A DNA stretch of 64,000 nt from the human T2T-CHM13v2.0 reference genome, Homo sapiens, in NCBI RefSeq assembly GCF_009914755.1, contig NC_060928.1; one strand, given 5' to 3'. Positions 25,565 through 39,200 of this stretch are shown here, one piece after another. Numbering within the stretch: position 1 is the stretch's first letter; every line of letters starts with the position of its first letter. The notes beneath the pieces are model-generated. The model made no database searches. It saw nothing but the letters and a program-made list of their open reading frames with translations, and was not told where the DNA came from. The position numbers and the translations under genes were made by a program.

Positions 25565-25830
25565 TTTAATTGTTTTAAATTGACAGATAATGTTGTACAT
25601 TTTTTATCATGTACAACATGATATTTTGGAGTATATATACACTGTGGAATGGTTAACTAGCTCATTAACAAACGTATTACCTCACATAGTTATCATTTTT
25701 GTGGTGAAAGCACAGAAAATCCACTCTTTTTATATTTTTCAAGAGTATAAAAGATCATCATTAACTATAGTCACCTTGCTGTAGAGTAGATCTCTTGACA
25801 TTTATTCCTATCTAACTGTAATTACGTATG
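25565..25830 (-). mobile_element. L1MA 3' terminus
   Basis: atgtacaacatgatattttgg..ttacctcacatagttatc..attaactatagtcaccttgctgt..agatctcttg. Confidence 0.85.
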
Positions 25831-27101
25831 CTTGTTTTATGGCTCCAGAAAACTCTGTCCTCTCCTCACCTTTTCAAGAGCCCCTTCTCAGTGCCAGTGT
25901 AGACCTAATATGCTGTGTTCTTCTCCTCAAGGTTGTCTTTTCTGGCCTTTTACTTTGTGAACTCCTTGAATCAGACTCCGTCTTCCACCCCTTTGTCCTT
26001 GGCATCTAGCACAGTGTCTGCAACTCAATAGGCTTAGAAGAATATGTTCGAACAAATAATAGTGCCCAAAATTCCTTTACCTATCTCTAACAAGCCTGTT
26101 ATGTAAGGAACCATGACACATTTGAGAAGTAACAAGGTGCTTGGGGCAAAGTATCACCTGGGATGCAAGTACATGCTGTGTTCCTTATTGAAGCTTTGCC
26201 AGGCACTGGTTAATGCATGGATAAAAAATTTTTCCTCATCTCTTCTGCAAGCATATCTTTAATTAAAAGACTAACCTGATTAACCAAAATAGATGAGTTT
26301 TACATGTAAGCAAAGGGTGCCTTTTTGGTGAGAATGACTAAAGGAGACTTTTTAAAATAACACAAATTTTGAAGGTAATCATACAGAAGACAGTGGCAAA
26401 ACTCAAAGTACAAACGGGTATTTCATTCTCTAGACCACACTGCCTCCCTGTGGGAGGTTTTTTGGGCAAGGATGTACCTAAAGGAAAGTAAATCCAGTTT
26501 TGCACAATTGTAAAGTAGTGGTAGCTAGAGTTTATATAATTTTATACCAGAAGTCCACTCCCAAATATTGGGTTATAAATTGTGCTAGTTGAGTGATTTA
26601 TTTTCTGAAAGACTTATGCCCATATTTTTGGATTTGGAATAGAAACATTTGTGTTCTTTTAAAAATAAGTAGTCCTGGGAATGATTTTTCCAAATGCCAA
26701 GACCAAAAAATGACATAACCACAATCTAATTATTTTGTTTTTACTACTTTGAATAATTATACTTTAAAGGTCTTAATAATTTGATTTACTTATGAGAAAT
26801 ATAAGACCCTAAGATCCCTAAAAATCAAGAATGGCAAAATGAAGATCTATTTGCTGTGTACCCACCACAACATTTTTTACTTAGTTTTTATATTATTTAA
26901 TGACATATATCAAAAAATCAATATAGTCATTGAAATTAATGACTGCTCCCAGCCTATAGATTCCTCCTGAAGTAGAGCGTACACAAACCAAAAATATCAG
27001 ATGCACTTCTGAAAGTTAAAATGATATAGTCAGTTTAAAAACATTTCAAGAATCATTTTTCATTTACCTTACAGAAAGTAATTTGTAGAATGCTACCTTT
27101 A

Positions 27102-27403
27102 GGCCAGGCATGGTGGCTCATGTAATCCCAGCACTTTGGGAGGCCGAGGCAGGCAGATCACGTGGTCAGGAGTTAGAGACCAGTCTGGCCAACATAGTGA
27201 AACCCCATCTCTACTAAAAATACAAAAAATTAGCCAGGTGTGGTGGTGTGTGCCTGTAATCCCAGCTACTCTGGAGGCTGAGACAGGAGAATTGTGTGAA
27301 CCCAGGAGATTGGAGGTTGGAGGTTGCAGTGAGCCGAGATCGCACCATTGCACTCCAGCCTGGATGACAGTGCTAGACTCCGTCTCAAAAAAAAAAAAAA
27401 AAA
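27102..27403 (+). mobile_element. AluS (Sg/Sc-like)
   Basis: Full dimer with poly(A); TSD aatgctaccttt at 27089-27100 and 27404-27415. Confidence 0.97.
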
Positions 27404-28414
27404 AATGCTACCTTTGAAAAGAAAATGAATGTATATTTTAAGCATGATATACATTTTTTTCATGATTTCGGGATTAATTTCTTTAAATTTGCCCCAAGTT
27501 TCTAATAGTATGTAGCATTATTCAAAGGCAGAAAATGGACTTAGTTGTCTGTTTCTACAAAAGGCTTTGAGCAATTTCCAGAAATGAAATAATTGCTCAT
27601 GATCTACCTTAATGCATATATTTGAAGACCCTGCTTTTAAATTTCCGGAATCTCAGAAGTATTCAAATTCATTACTTGTCTATTTCCTGACCAGTTCCCT
27701 TTGAAGTCGTTCTGGAGTCCATGCTATTATTTGAAATGCCTGGCCGTCGGTAAATAGTTGCTATTTCCTTGATGTCAGTGAAGCTGCTTTCTTTTCTGTG
27801 ACCTTTACCTACGGTACCTCTTGCAGAGGCCACATATGTATTTACATGTCTGTGCGCTCTGGTCCATACATATGGTCCTTGTTAGATGCTTTTACTGCTT
27901 TACCTCAATAAGAAAGGAAGTATATTCACGATATTGACTCTTCACTGAATCTACATTTCTGTTTTCTCCAAGGGTCAAGTTGTCTTATTTACTACACACA
28001 TACAAATAAAAGCTTAAGCAACTTTATTTTTAATAATGGACAATGAAAGTACACATGCCATCCATATGACAAGGACATGATTTCTGTCTTTCTGTACTGG
28101 TATTATTATATACTTCAGAGTTTAACAAAGACGATAGTGTGTGTAATGTTTTTCTTATGAGCAGAGACATGAATTTGGGACATAGCAAGAGAAAGGTAGC
28201 CTAAGGGAAAGATTAGAGGAAAAGAGAAGAGCTGAGGGATATGCCTGGCTCCCTCTCAAAGGAAGAAGCACACACCTTCATGTCACAAATTTAGGCCAAA
28301 GGGGAAAAATAGATTGTCATAAAGGGAAACGGGAAACAGGATGTAAAGCAAGAATGCTTTCCTTTTTCTCTCCGTTATCCAACTAGGCTTATAAAGTACA
28401 GAGGAGAGACCACT

Positions 28415-28530
28415 CTTCTAAGACAGAAAACCTGGGATTTTTCATGATTAATTTTGTGATCTTGGCCAAGTCAACCTCCCTGAGACTGTTTCCTTATATT
28501 TGAAATGATGGTTGTGTGTTAGATAATTTC
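28415..28530 (+). mobile_element. MIR fragment
   Basis: tgtgatcttggccaagtcaacctccctgagactgtttcctt. Confidence 0.6.
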
Positions 28531-28676
28531 AAAAACAGTTTTGGTTCAAAAAATTCTAAAAGAAATCAGAAGCTTATTCAAAGACAGGTAGAGAAGGCCA
28601 TTCAAAGATAATTTGAGGGGATTGGGTTAAGTCACAGTTATAAGTCACTCTTCTCACTTTTTTTTTTATCAGATAC

Positions 28677-29047
28677 GGCTATGTTTGAATGTTTGTCCCT
28701 TCCCAAACTCATTTTGAAATGTAATTGCTATTGTAAAAGTATTAAGAGCTGAGATCTTCAAGAGGTGAGTAAACCATACAGGCTCTGCCCTTGTGGGTGG
28801 GATTAATGGCATTATAAAAATGCAAGACTGGCCCCTGTTGCCTCTCTTTCCCTTCTGCTTTCTACCACCTGAGGACAGAGAACTCTTCCCCTAGCAGCAA
28901 GAAGGCCCTTGCCAAAAGATGGCACCTTGATCTTGGACTTCCCAACTTTTAGAACTGTAAGAAATACATTTCTGTTCTTTATAAATTACCCTGTGGTAAT
29001 TTATGTCTGTGGTATTCTGCTATGGCCGCACAAAATGGACTAAGACA
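28677..29047 (+). mobile_element. MSTD-like MaLR solo LTR
   Basis: gctatgtttgaatgtttgtccc..ggcaccttgatcttggacttccc..aaatggactaagaca; degenerate TSD gatac/aatac. Confidence 0.85.
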
Positions 29048-29259
29048 AATACTGACTTAGTAAAAAGATTACCCATTTTTAAAAGACAACTTCATACAGC
29101 CGGAGATAATACTTTGCTGCTCTTCATTACGAATGGAGGAAAGAGATACCAAGGAAAGAGAAATAGACAAAAGCAGAAGAATTAGCCCAGGATATAAGTA
29201 ATTTTTTTATGGGACGGATGAGAGAGAGAGAGAGAGGAAACAGATAACCAGCAGAGCAG

Positions 29260-29480
29260 GGAGAAGAGGAGGGAGATCCAGGAAGAGGGAACGGCATGTA
29301 CTAAGACTTAGAGGCACATAGGTATGAATTGTCAGGGTGTATGCAAAGAGCAATAAGCAGTTTGGTGCTGATAAATCTGACATGTAAGGAGCTAGAGAGT
29401 GTTCTGTGCTAAAGAACATTGACTTTATTCTGTAGCAATAGGACTTAATGGAGGGTTTTAAGCAGTTCATCAAAGTGGCT
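29260..29480 (-). mobile_element. L2 fragment
   Basis: ccaggaagagggaacggcatgt..gactttattctgtagcaatagg..ggagggttttaagcag. Confidence 0.65.
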
Positions 29481-29670
29481 GAAGTCAGACTCCCCAGACC
29501 AAATTCTAGCTCTGTCATTTGCCATTTGAGTGACTTAAGGAATATACCTTACCATTCTGTGCCTCATGTGTAGAGTGGAGATAACAGTATCCATCTCATA
29601 AAGTGTTTATACAAATGTGTATGAGTTAGTGCACACAAAGTGCTTAGAATTGAGTATTTCTTAATGTTTT
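29480..29670 (+). mobile_element. MIR
   Basis: aaattctagctctgtcatttg..gtgacttaagg..ctgtgcctca..aaagtgcttagaa. Confidence 0.7.
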
Positions 29671-30689
29671 ATGCTTAGTTAATATGGATTGGATTAAAAA
29701 TTTGAGAAATATGTTTGACTAAGTTTGAAAATTTTCTATGAATAACATTACATTATTCTTCCCCTGAATGAATAAAGCAAAGTCACAATGACCTATTAAG
29801 GGACTAAGACAGTAAATATATTTAGAGTTGAAATATACAATGGATTGGAGATTATTTACAATGATAAAACAAAACCTAGCCAGAGAAATGTTTTATATTA
29901 TCCATCACTAAAGTTCTCTAAGTCAAAGTAATCATTAGAGAGGAAAATACCCCTCCTCTAATTCCTCTGCATGGATTCTAGGAGGCAATGAAAATGAAGA
30001 TACTCTCTTTTAATGTCCAGCTTCAGAAGAGATGTCCCAGTAAGAAGCTAGCGTTGGGCTGCTAGGCTGAAGTTAACATGGTATGAGAACTGGGCCCCAT
30101 CATAACAGGATTCCTGTAAAGGAAAGTACTGCCAAACTGCTGGAGTAATCGTTCATTACCCCATGCCACTCCTCTTTTCCTTAGCCAGGAAATATGGGAA
30201 GCTGCTCAGTGAAGTGAGGGGCTACATGGAGACTTTAAGCCCATCCATATTATGAACAATTCTGTAGGGAAGAATGCAAGTACCCCAAAAGACTCTTAAC
30301 CTGGATTCACAGCCAGAAGAATAGGCATGTTAGAATGAGATGGTGATTAATATAAATTCAATATCTTCCCATTTATAGCTTGCTGGATCCAACAAATAGG
30401 TCTCTTTTCCATCTTTAAATGGTTGGACTGAAAATAGCTAACCTTTATCAAATCATGCAGGAGGACTGGGGAGAATTAAAATTAGCTATATCTCAATTAT
30501 TCAAGTTACATAGGATAACTCCAGTAGTACTAAGGACTATAGATGTGATAGAAGCTACGTTTAATGCAGGACAATCAGTTAAATAATTGTAATCATCCAG
30601 GTAAGAGATAATGAGGAGTTGAACAGTAGAAATGGAACCAGCAGATTTAAGAGTTAACTGAAAGATAAAAGGAGCAGGTGACTGGTGAG

Positions 30690-31070
30690 GGGCAGCGTGG
30701 TACGGTGGTTAAGCTTGTGGGCCCTGGAGACTGATGAACAGTCTCCAAATCCCAACTCTGTCACATACCAGTTATATGAGTGTGGACAAGTTATTTCATG
30801 GGTCTCTTCCTCAGTTTCCTCATCTATAAAGTGGGCATAATAAAGAGCAGGATTAGGACTAGGATAAAGCAAGTGAAGCATGGCACTTGCATTACTAAGA
30901 ATGAGTGCTTTCTTAAATTTTCCTCACTGGGTGTCTCACTTGACTTACTCTAGTCCCAGCCTTGGTAAAGAATACCTACTTTATAATGTAATCATATAGA
31001 TTAAATAAGTTAATATATGCAAAGTATTTAATAACACTGTTTATATGTTTAAAAGCATATCATAAGTGCC
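30690..31070 (+). mobile_element. MIR split by a MER91-like insertion
   Basis: ggcagcgtggtacggtggttaag..caaatcccaactctgtcac..cctcagtttcctcatctataaagtggg; resumes at ~30965. Confidence 0.75.
30849..30964. mobile_element. MER91-like palindromic hAT-Tip100 MITE
   Basis: Inverted ends ggactaggataaagcaagtga / tcacttgacttactctagtcc; internal gagtgctttcttaaattt. Confidence 0.65.
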
Positions 31071-31119
31071 AGAGGATTAGCTGATATTATTATTGAGTAG
31101 ATTTGAGAAGTTAAGGAGA

Positions 31120-31430
31120 CAAAACAAAATTCTTGGTAGACTCCCATGCTTCTGGCTTAGGTGATGAAGTGAATGTTATTGTCACACAGCAAGATAGAAA
31201 TAGAAATACAGGAGAAAGAAAAGGCTGGGGCAAGGGGATGAAATTGATGGTTGGATTTGAGGTACATATGGGACATTTGGGTGCAGATATCCAATATCAG
31301 TTACATAGCTGCCTCTAGGTACCCCACTGGTGCCTAGAAGTGAGGATTAGAGATACACTATCAAAGAGAGTCAAAGTGTGAGATGTACGGGTGGTAGCAA
31401 CAAAAATAGAAGTGGACTGTATTTCACAGG
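31120..31430 (-). mobile_element. L2 fragment
   Basis: gactcccatgcttctggcttagg..ggatttgaggtacatatgggacat..gcagatatcca. Confidence 0.65.
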
Positions 31431-31809
31431 AAGCCAAAGTGGTTAGCTAGTTTTATTTTATAGCAAAGAGATCTTTTACAGCTTCTTACCAAAATCCTCA
31501 TGACAACATAGAACGAGACAAAACTTCTCAGTACCTTGAAGTAGGCCCAATAATCAACCTAATTCCAAAACCTGGGAAGTATGCCTGCTTAAAACCAGGC
31601 TGAACACACAAAATGGATCACCACCAGTTCTAGACCTCCCTTTGCCTACATGCCCAAATTCAGTGTCATTTTTATTCCTGGCCCACCCATACTCATCAGA
31701 AAATTAGAAAGCCAACTCTTGACTGCTGCTTTCTAAAGTCAACCGCACTCATCAATTCCTAGTTCTTCCACAACCTAAAGAAGAAAGGAACTTCCAGGAA
31801 TCCACAGAG

Positions 31810-31810
<1 letters not shown>

Positions 31811-31853
<43 letters not shown>
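31811..31853. repeat. Perfect (TG)~21 microsatellite
   Basis: Directly visible. Confidence 0.98.
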
Positions 31854-31855
<2 letters not shown>

Positions 31856-32253
31856 GAGAGAATGGAGTGAATGGTGCATTGCCTTCTAGGAGTCAAGAAA
31901 AGTCTTACTTGCAGTGCATGCTGCAAATTATATTTTCCTACTATGTCCTACTTACTTTCAGAGTACTTGAGCTTAGCAGGTAAATGATGATTCTATTTCA
32001 GCAAAACCAACTAGAATCAAGCAAAGCCTTGAAAGCCCTGGGAAATGAGCTGGCTGAGCACGTTAACTTGCCTTTAGTACATTGGAGAAGAGTCTTCTAG
32101 AACCACGGCCAGAGAATAGGACCAAAGACAACCTCCATACCTTGTTTTTTGAAACACTAAGAATAGAGTTTGTCTTTTGAGTAAACAGAACCCAGAAGAA
32201 ATATAAAGCTTTATTAGCAAAAAATCTGCACTCTATGGGAAACGAAGCTTTTA

Positions 32254-32559
32254 TGTTTTTGGGTTTCAGAGGTTTTTTGAGACAGGATCTCACTCTGTTG
32301 CCCAGGCTGGAGTGCAGTGGTGCAATCTCAGCTCAAAGCAAACTCTCCCTCCTGGGTTTGAGCAATTCTCCTGCCTCAGCCTCCTGAGTAGCTAGGACCA
32401 CCGGCGCACCCACCACGCCAGCTGATTTTTGTATTTTTTGGTAGAGACAGGGTTTCACTGTGTTGGCCAGACTGGTCTCAAACTCCTGGCCTCAAGTGAT
32501 CCACCTGCTTCAGCCTCCAGCAGTGCTGGGATTACAGGCATGAGCCACTGCGCCCAGCT
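32254..32559 (-). mobile_element. Alu (older, AluJ/Sz-like)
   Basis: Full antisense dimer; 17-bp TSD gggaaa(c/t)gaagctttta. Confidence 0.95.
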
Positions 32560-32680
32560 GGGAAATGAAGCTTTTAAGCGAAGACTTAGAGAAACCATAC
32601 TACAGGAAGTTAGAAACATTTTAAACAGTTAAGTATCTTTAGTAAAATATAAAAAGACATTTTCTTTATCAGACAGGAAG

Positions 32681-33037
32681 TATATTAGTCTGTTCTTATG
32701 CAGCTAATAAGACATACCTGAGACTAGGTCATTTATAAAGGAAAAAGGTCTAATTGACTCACACTTCTGCATGGCTGGGGAGGCCTCACAATCATGGCAG
32801 AAGGCAAAGAAACAGCAAAGTCATATCTTACATGGTGGCAGGCAAGAGGGAATGTGCAGGGAAACTCCTCTTTATAGAACCATCAGATGTCATGTGACTT
32901 ATTCACTATCACAAGAACAGCATGGGAAAGACCCGTGATTCAATTACCTCCCACCAGGTCCCTCCCATGACAGGCGGGAATTATGAGAGATACAATTTAA
33001 GATAAGATTTGGGTAGGGGCACAGCGAAACCATATCG
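32681..33037 (-). mobile_element. THE1 (B/C-like) solo LTR
   Basis: tattagtctgttcttatgcagctaataagacatacctgagac..aaaccatatc; degenerate TSD ggaag/gcaag. Confidence 0.92.
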
Positions 33038-33240
33038 GCAAGAGAAAGTAAGTAGCTGAGAATAAAAGACAACAAAATAAGATAAAGTATATCAGAAATA
33101 AGGAAGGACTGAAAAATTAAAATTAAATAATATAATTATATGTTTATAAAAGGCAATTATATATTACTGAAATTGTGAAAAACTAAATTAGCATTGTAAA
33201 GGATGAATCTGAGATGGTCTACCAGAGTTTGAATTTTTAA

Positions 33241-35305
<2,065 letters not shown>

Positions 35306-36529
35306 GAAAGAGATAATGATAAAAGAGAAAGTCATACCCAATGAAAATATACTAATTTAAAGTAAGACTTTTAGCACCTTAAACAAACATGGCATCATAA
35401 CTGAATCCAACATAATAATTAAACACATAATTGAAGAAAACTTTTGACTTAAAAAGTAAATACCTGAATTCTCATATTAAGGAGTTGTTACTATAGTCTG
35501 ATAAAATTCAGTGAAAGGATACAGCTAAAGTTATTTGGAAAAATAATTGAATGGCAAGGAAGAATAAAAATATCTACAAGTATAAAGGGGATTTTTGTCA
35601 AAAGAATAAAAGGCAGGTTGTTGTCATTAGACTTATTAAATGAAACACTGAAGGCCAAAAAAGAGGAGAAATATTGTACACCAACACTTTCATACTCAGC
35701 AAACTTGTAAAGACAATAAAATATATCTTCAAGTATATAGGAGCTTAGAAAACACACTATTCAAAGTTCTTGAAAAAAACTTACTTGGAGACTTCTTCCA
35801 GCAAATATAAATTAATCAAAATAAAAGATCATGACTATTTAGGAGGATTTGTGTTCTTCTTACCCAGCAATATAGTTGGATGATGTGTGGTCAGGTGATT
35901 CTGCAACCTGGGAAGAGAAGCTTGACTCTGTTTCCTTCAGCTTCTCTCAGCTGCTTCCTCTCCTTCCCCAGCATCAGGAAATTTATCTTGTGCCTACCCT
36001 TTATTCCACAGTTCACACGGAATCTCCTGCCATCTCTGATAGCTCACAAAATACTAACTGGTCCTATTCTGTTACCACCTTACTAATAATGAAGAAAATA
36101 TTTAAATGATTAGATATTCTACTGAAAGAAAAAATAAAACCTTTTGACTTTCCAACAAAGAGCTGTATAGTACAACACAAAGATTATTTCCAATGTAGAG
36201 GGACTTGAGTAATTATTTTCTATAACATTAAAACCCATATTGACCAGAAAAAATTGCTGAAATTTTTTCCATTATAGAAGATTAACAGAATTCCTGCTGT
36301 ATACATTAACTCTTTCCAGTACCTTTTCATGCCATCTCATAACAGTAAGGAAATCCAAAACTACTTATAGTGGCTATCTCTGGGAGATAACATTTATTTC
36401 TATATTTTTAAATTTTTCTACAATGGTCCTAGTATATACAAAAAACATTAAAATAGTATAAAGAATTTTGTATAAATAATTTAATCACACATTTCATATG
36501 GCATATCAAGTAGACTGCTATAATAATCA

Positions 36530-37601
36530 TATGCAAAAAGAACAAAGCTGGAGGCATCATATTACCTAACTTCAAATTATATTACAAGGCTATCATAAAC
36601 AAAACTGCATAGTATCAGTATAAAAATAGAAACATGTATCAATGAAACAGAATAGAGAACCCAGAGATAAAGCCACATATTTACAGGTAACTAAACTTGG
36701 ACCAAGCTGACAAAAACAAACATTGGGGAAAGAACATCTTTTTTAAGAAGTGGTACTGGAAAAAATTGAATTGCCATATACAGAAGAATAAAACTGGACT
36801 CCCACCTCTCAACATATACAAAAATCAACTCAAGATGGATTAAAGACTTAAACTTAAGACCTGAAAAACAAGAAGAAAGCCTATAGAAAACTCTTCTGGA
36901 TACTAGCCTAGGCAAAAGATTCATGACTAAGACCATAAAAGCACAGACAACAAAACCAAATGAGACAAACGGGAAAGCTTCTGCACAGCAAAAGAAATAA
37001 CCAACAGAGTGAACAGACAACTTACAGAATGAGAGAAAATATTTGCAAAATATGCATCCAACAAGGGTCTAATATCCAGAATATACAAGGAACTCAAATA
37101 ACAACAACAAGAACAATAACAAATAATCCCAATTGAAAAGTGAGCAAGCGATATGAATAGATATTTTCAAAAGAAGACATACAAATGGGCAACAGGTATG
37201 TGAAAAAATGCTCAACATCACTAATCATCAGGGAAATGCAAGTTAAAACCACAATGAAATATCATTTTACCCTAGTCAGAATGGCCATTATAAAAAGAAT
37301 AAATAAATAACAGATGCCAGCAAGCATGCAGAGCTAAAGGAACTCTATATACACTATTGATGAGAATGTAAATGAGTTTGACTTCTATGGAAAATAGTAT
37401 GGAGATTCTTCAAAGAACTTAGAACTACCATTCATTTCAGCAATCTCACTACTGAGTTTCTACCCAAAGGAAAAGAAATTATTACATAAAAAAGATACCT
37501 GCATTCGTACATTTTTTGCAGCAGTATTCACACAAAGATATGGAATCAAACTAAGTGTCCATCAACAGATGATTGGATAAGGAAAATGTGGCTATATATA
37601 T

Positions 37602-37633
<32 letters not shown>

Positions 37634-37982
37634 CATGGAATACTACCTAGCCACAAAAAAAATAAAATAATGTATTTTGCAGCAACTTGGATAGAACTGG
37701 AGGCCATTATCTTAAGTGAAACAAGTCTTAGAAAGACAAATATCACATGTTCTCACTTGTAAGTGGGAGCTAAATAATGGGTACACATAGATGTAGAGTG
37801 TGGAATGATAGACAATGGAGACTCAGAAGGGTGAGGAGGTGGGAGGAAAGGTGGATGATGAGAAATTATTTGATGTGGACAATGTGTGTTATTTAAGTGA
37901 TGGATACTCTCTAAAAGCTCTGACTTTACCACTATGAAATCTATACATGTAATAAAATTGCATACCATAAACTTATACAAAT
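36530..37982 (+). mobile_element. L1PB/L1MA1-like 3' ~1.45 kb
   Basis: aagaacaaagctggaggcatc through 3'UTR gactttaccactatg..catgtaataaaattgca; many stops; embedded (TA)(CA)n at ~37593-37632. Confidence 0.9.
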
Positions 37983-38259
37983 TTTTTAATTGAGTGCTAT
38001 AGTAATAACATTTATATCTGAGTGATAGAACAATAGATTATTTTTCTTCCTTTTTCTTTTCTGAGCTTTCCAAATTATCCATAGTGATATTAGACAGCAA
38101 TATAATTACATGAAACATAACTGTATTCTATAATATTGCTTTTTATGGGGAAAACATTTTCATTTAAACACAGAAGGGAATGGTCAATAATATTTTTTAA
38201 ATATTTTGAATTCATTAGAGTCCACTTTAGGCATTTAAATAATAGTGGATGACTTTCCT

Positions 38260-38460
38260 GGGAGTCATCAGTGTGGATGATGACCAGGAATGATGTCAAG
38301 AAAGTCAAGAGAGAAGAAGAAATAATGCAATTATCAAATACTGCAGAGGTCAAGCATGTTGAGACTTGGAGGCCTCCATTGGATCTGACAAGGCAAAAAC
38401 TGTTGCAGTAGAATGGTAGAGGCAGAAATCAAATGTAATAGTTCACAGAGAGTAAGGAAA
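38260..38460 (-). mobile_element. L2 fragment
   Basis: gggagtcatcag..tcaaatactgcagaggtcaag..ccattggatctgacaa. Confidence 0.55.
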
Positions 38461-38589
38461 CAGGGGCGATAGGAACCTTGAAAAGTATCAGGAAGGCTGA
38501 GTGCTCAAGGTAGCTGTCATGGGACAAAAGAGACAATTCTATTCCAAAACATCTAAAGCAGTATATTCTTAGTTTCCTCTGCAGCTACT

Positions 38590-39200
38590 GCTCTTCACTT
38601 GTCCCTTAAAAATAATCCCCACTTTCTTTTGGAAATCCATGTGGTTCCAGTGCATCTTACACTTTCTCTACAGGGTTGGCTTCCATTTTCCAAAACTAAA
38701 CCAATCAAGGCATTTTGCTCCCATGACACAGTGACTGGTTCATGGGTGGATATGGGATCTATACTGGTTCACATATAGGAACAATCAAGATAATTTTTAC
38801 TGGAAATTCTGGGATGCAGATGCTAGTGCTGCCATTTGTCACTACTCTGGGAGCCACAATTTACATTATATTCCATGTGAATCGTATACCCTGGAGTTGT
38901 GGGACAATGTGGCCTGGACAGATGTTCTCTCTAGCTCTGGAAAAATATACTATGAGGATATGAAGTCTGGAAGCTGAGGCTATCTTGTGACCACAAAGAA
39001 AGACAGTATGAGGACAAAGCCAACGTATGAATAAAGCTGAGTGGTGTGAGGACAGAGTAAATCACAGAGAAGCACAGCAAGTGCGCAGGCCAAACCTCAC
39101 CTGCAGCCTGTCCTACCGCTGGGCTTTTTCAATAATGTGAGCCAATAAATCCCTTTTCCTTATTAAAGTTTTCTATTATGTACAGCAGAAATCATTCTCA
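38590..39200 (+). mobile_element. Old MLT1 (J/K/L-like) LTR
   Basis: cagtgactggttcatgggtggatatg..ctatcttgtgacca..tgtgagccaataaatccctt. Confidence 0.65.
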
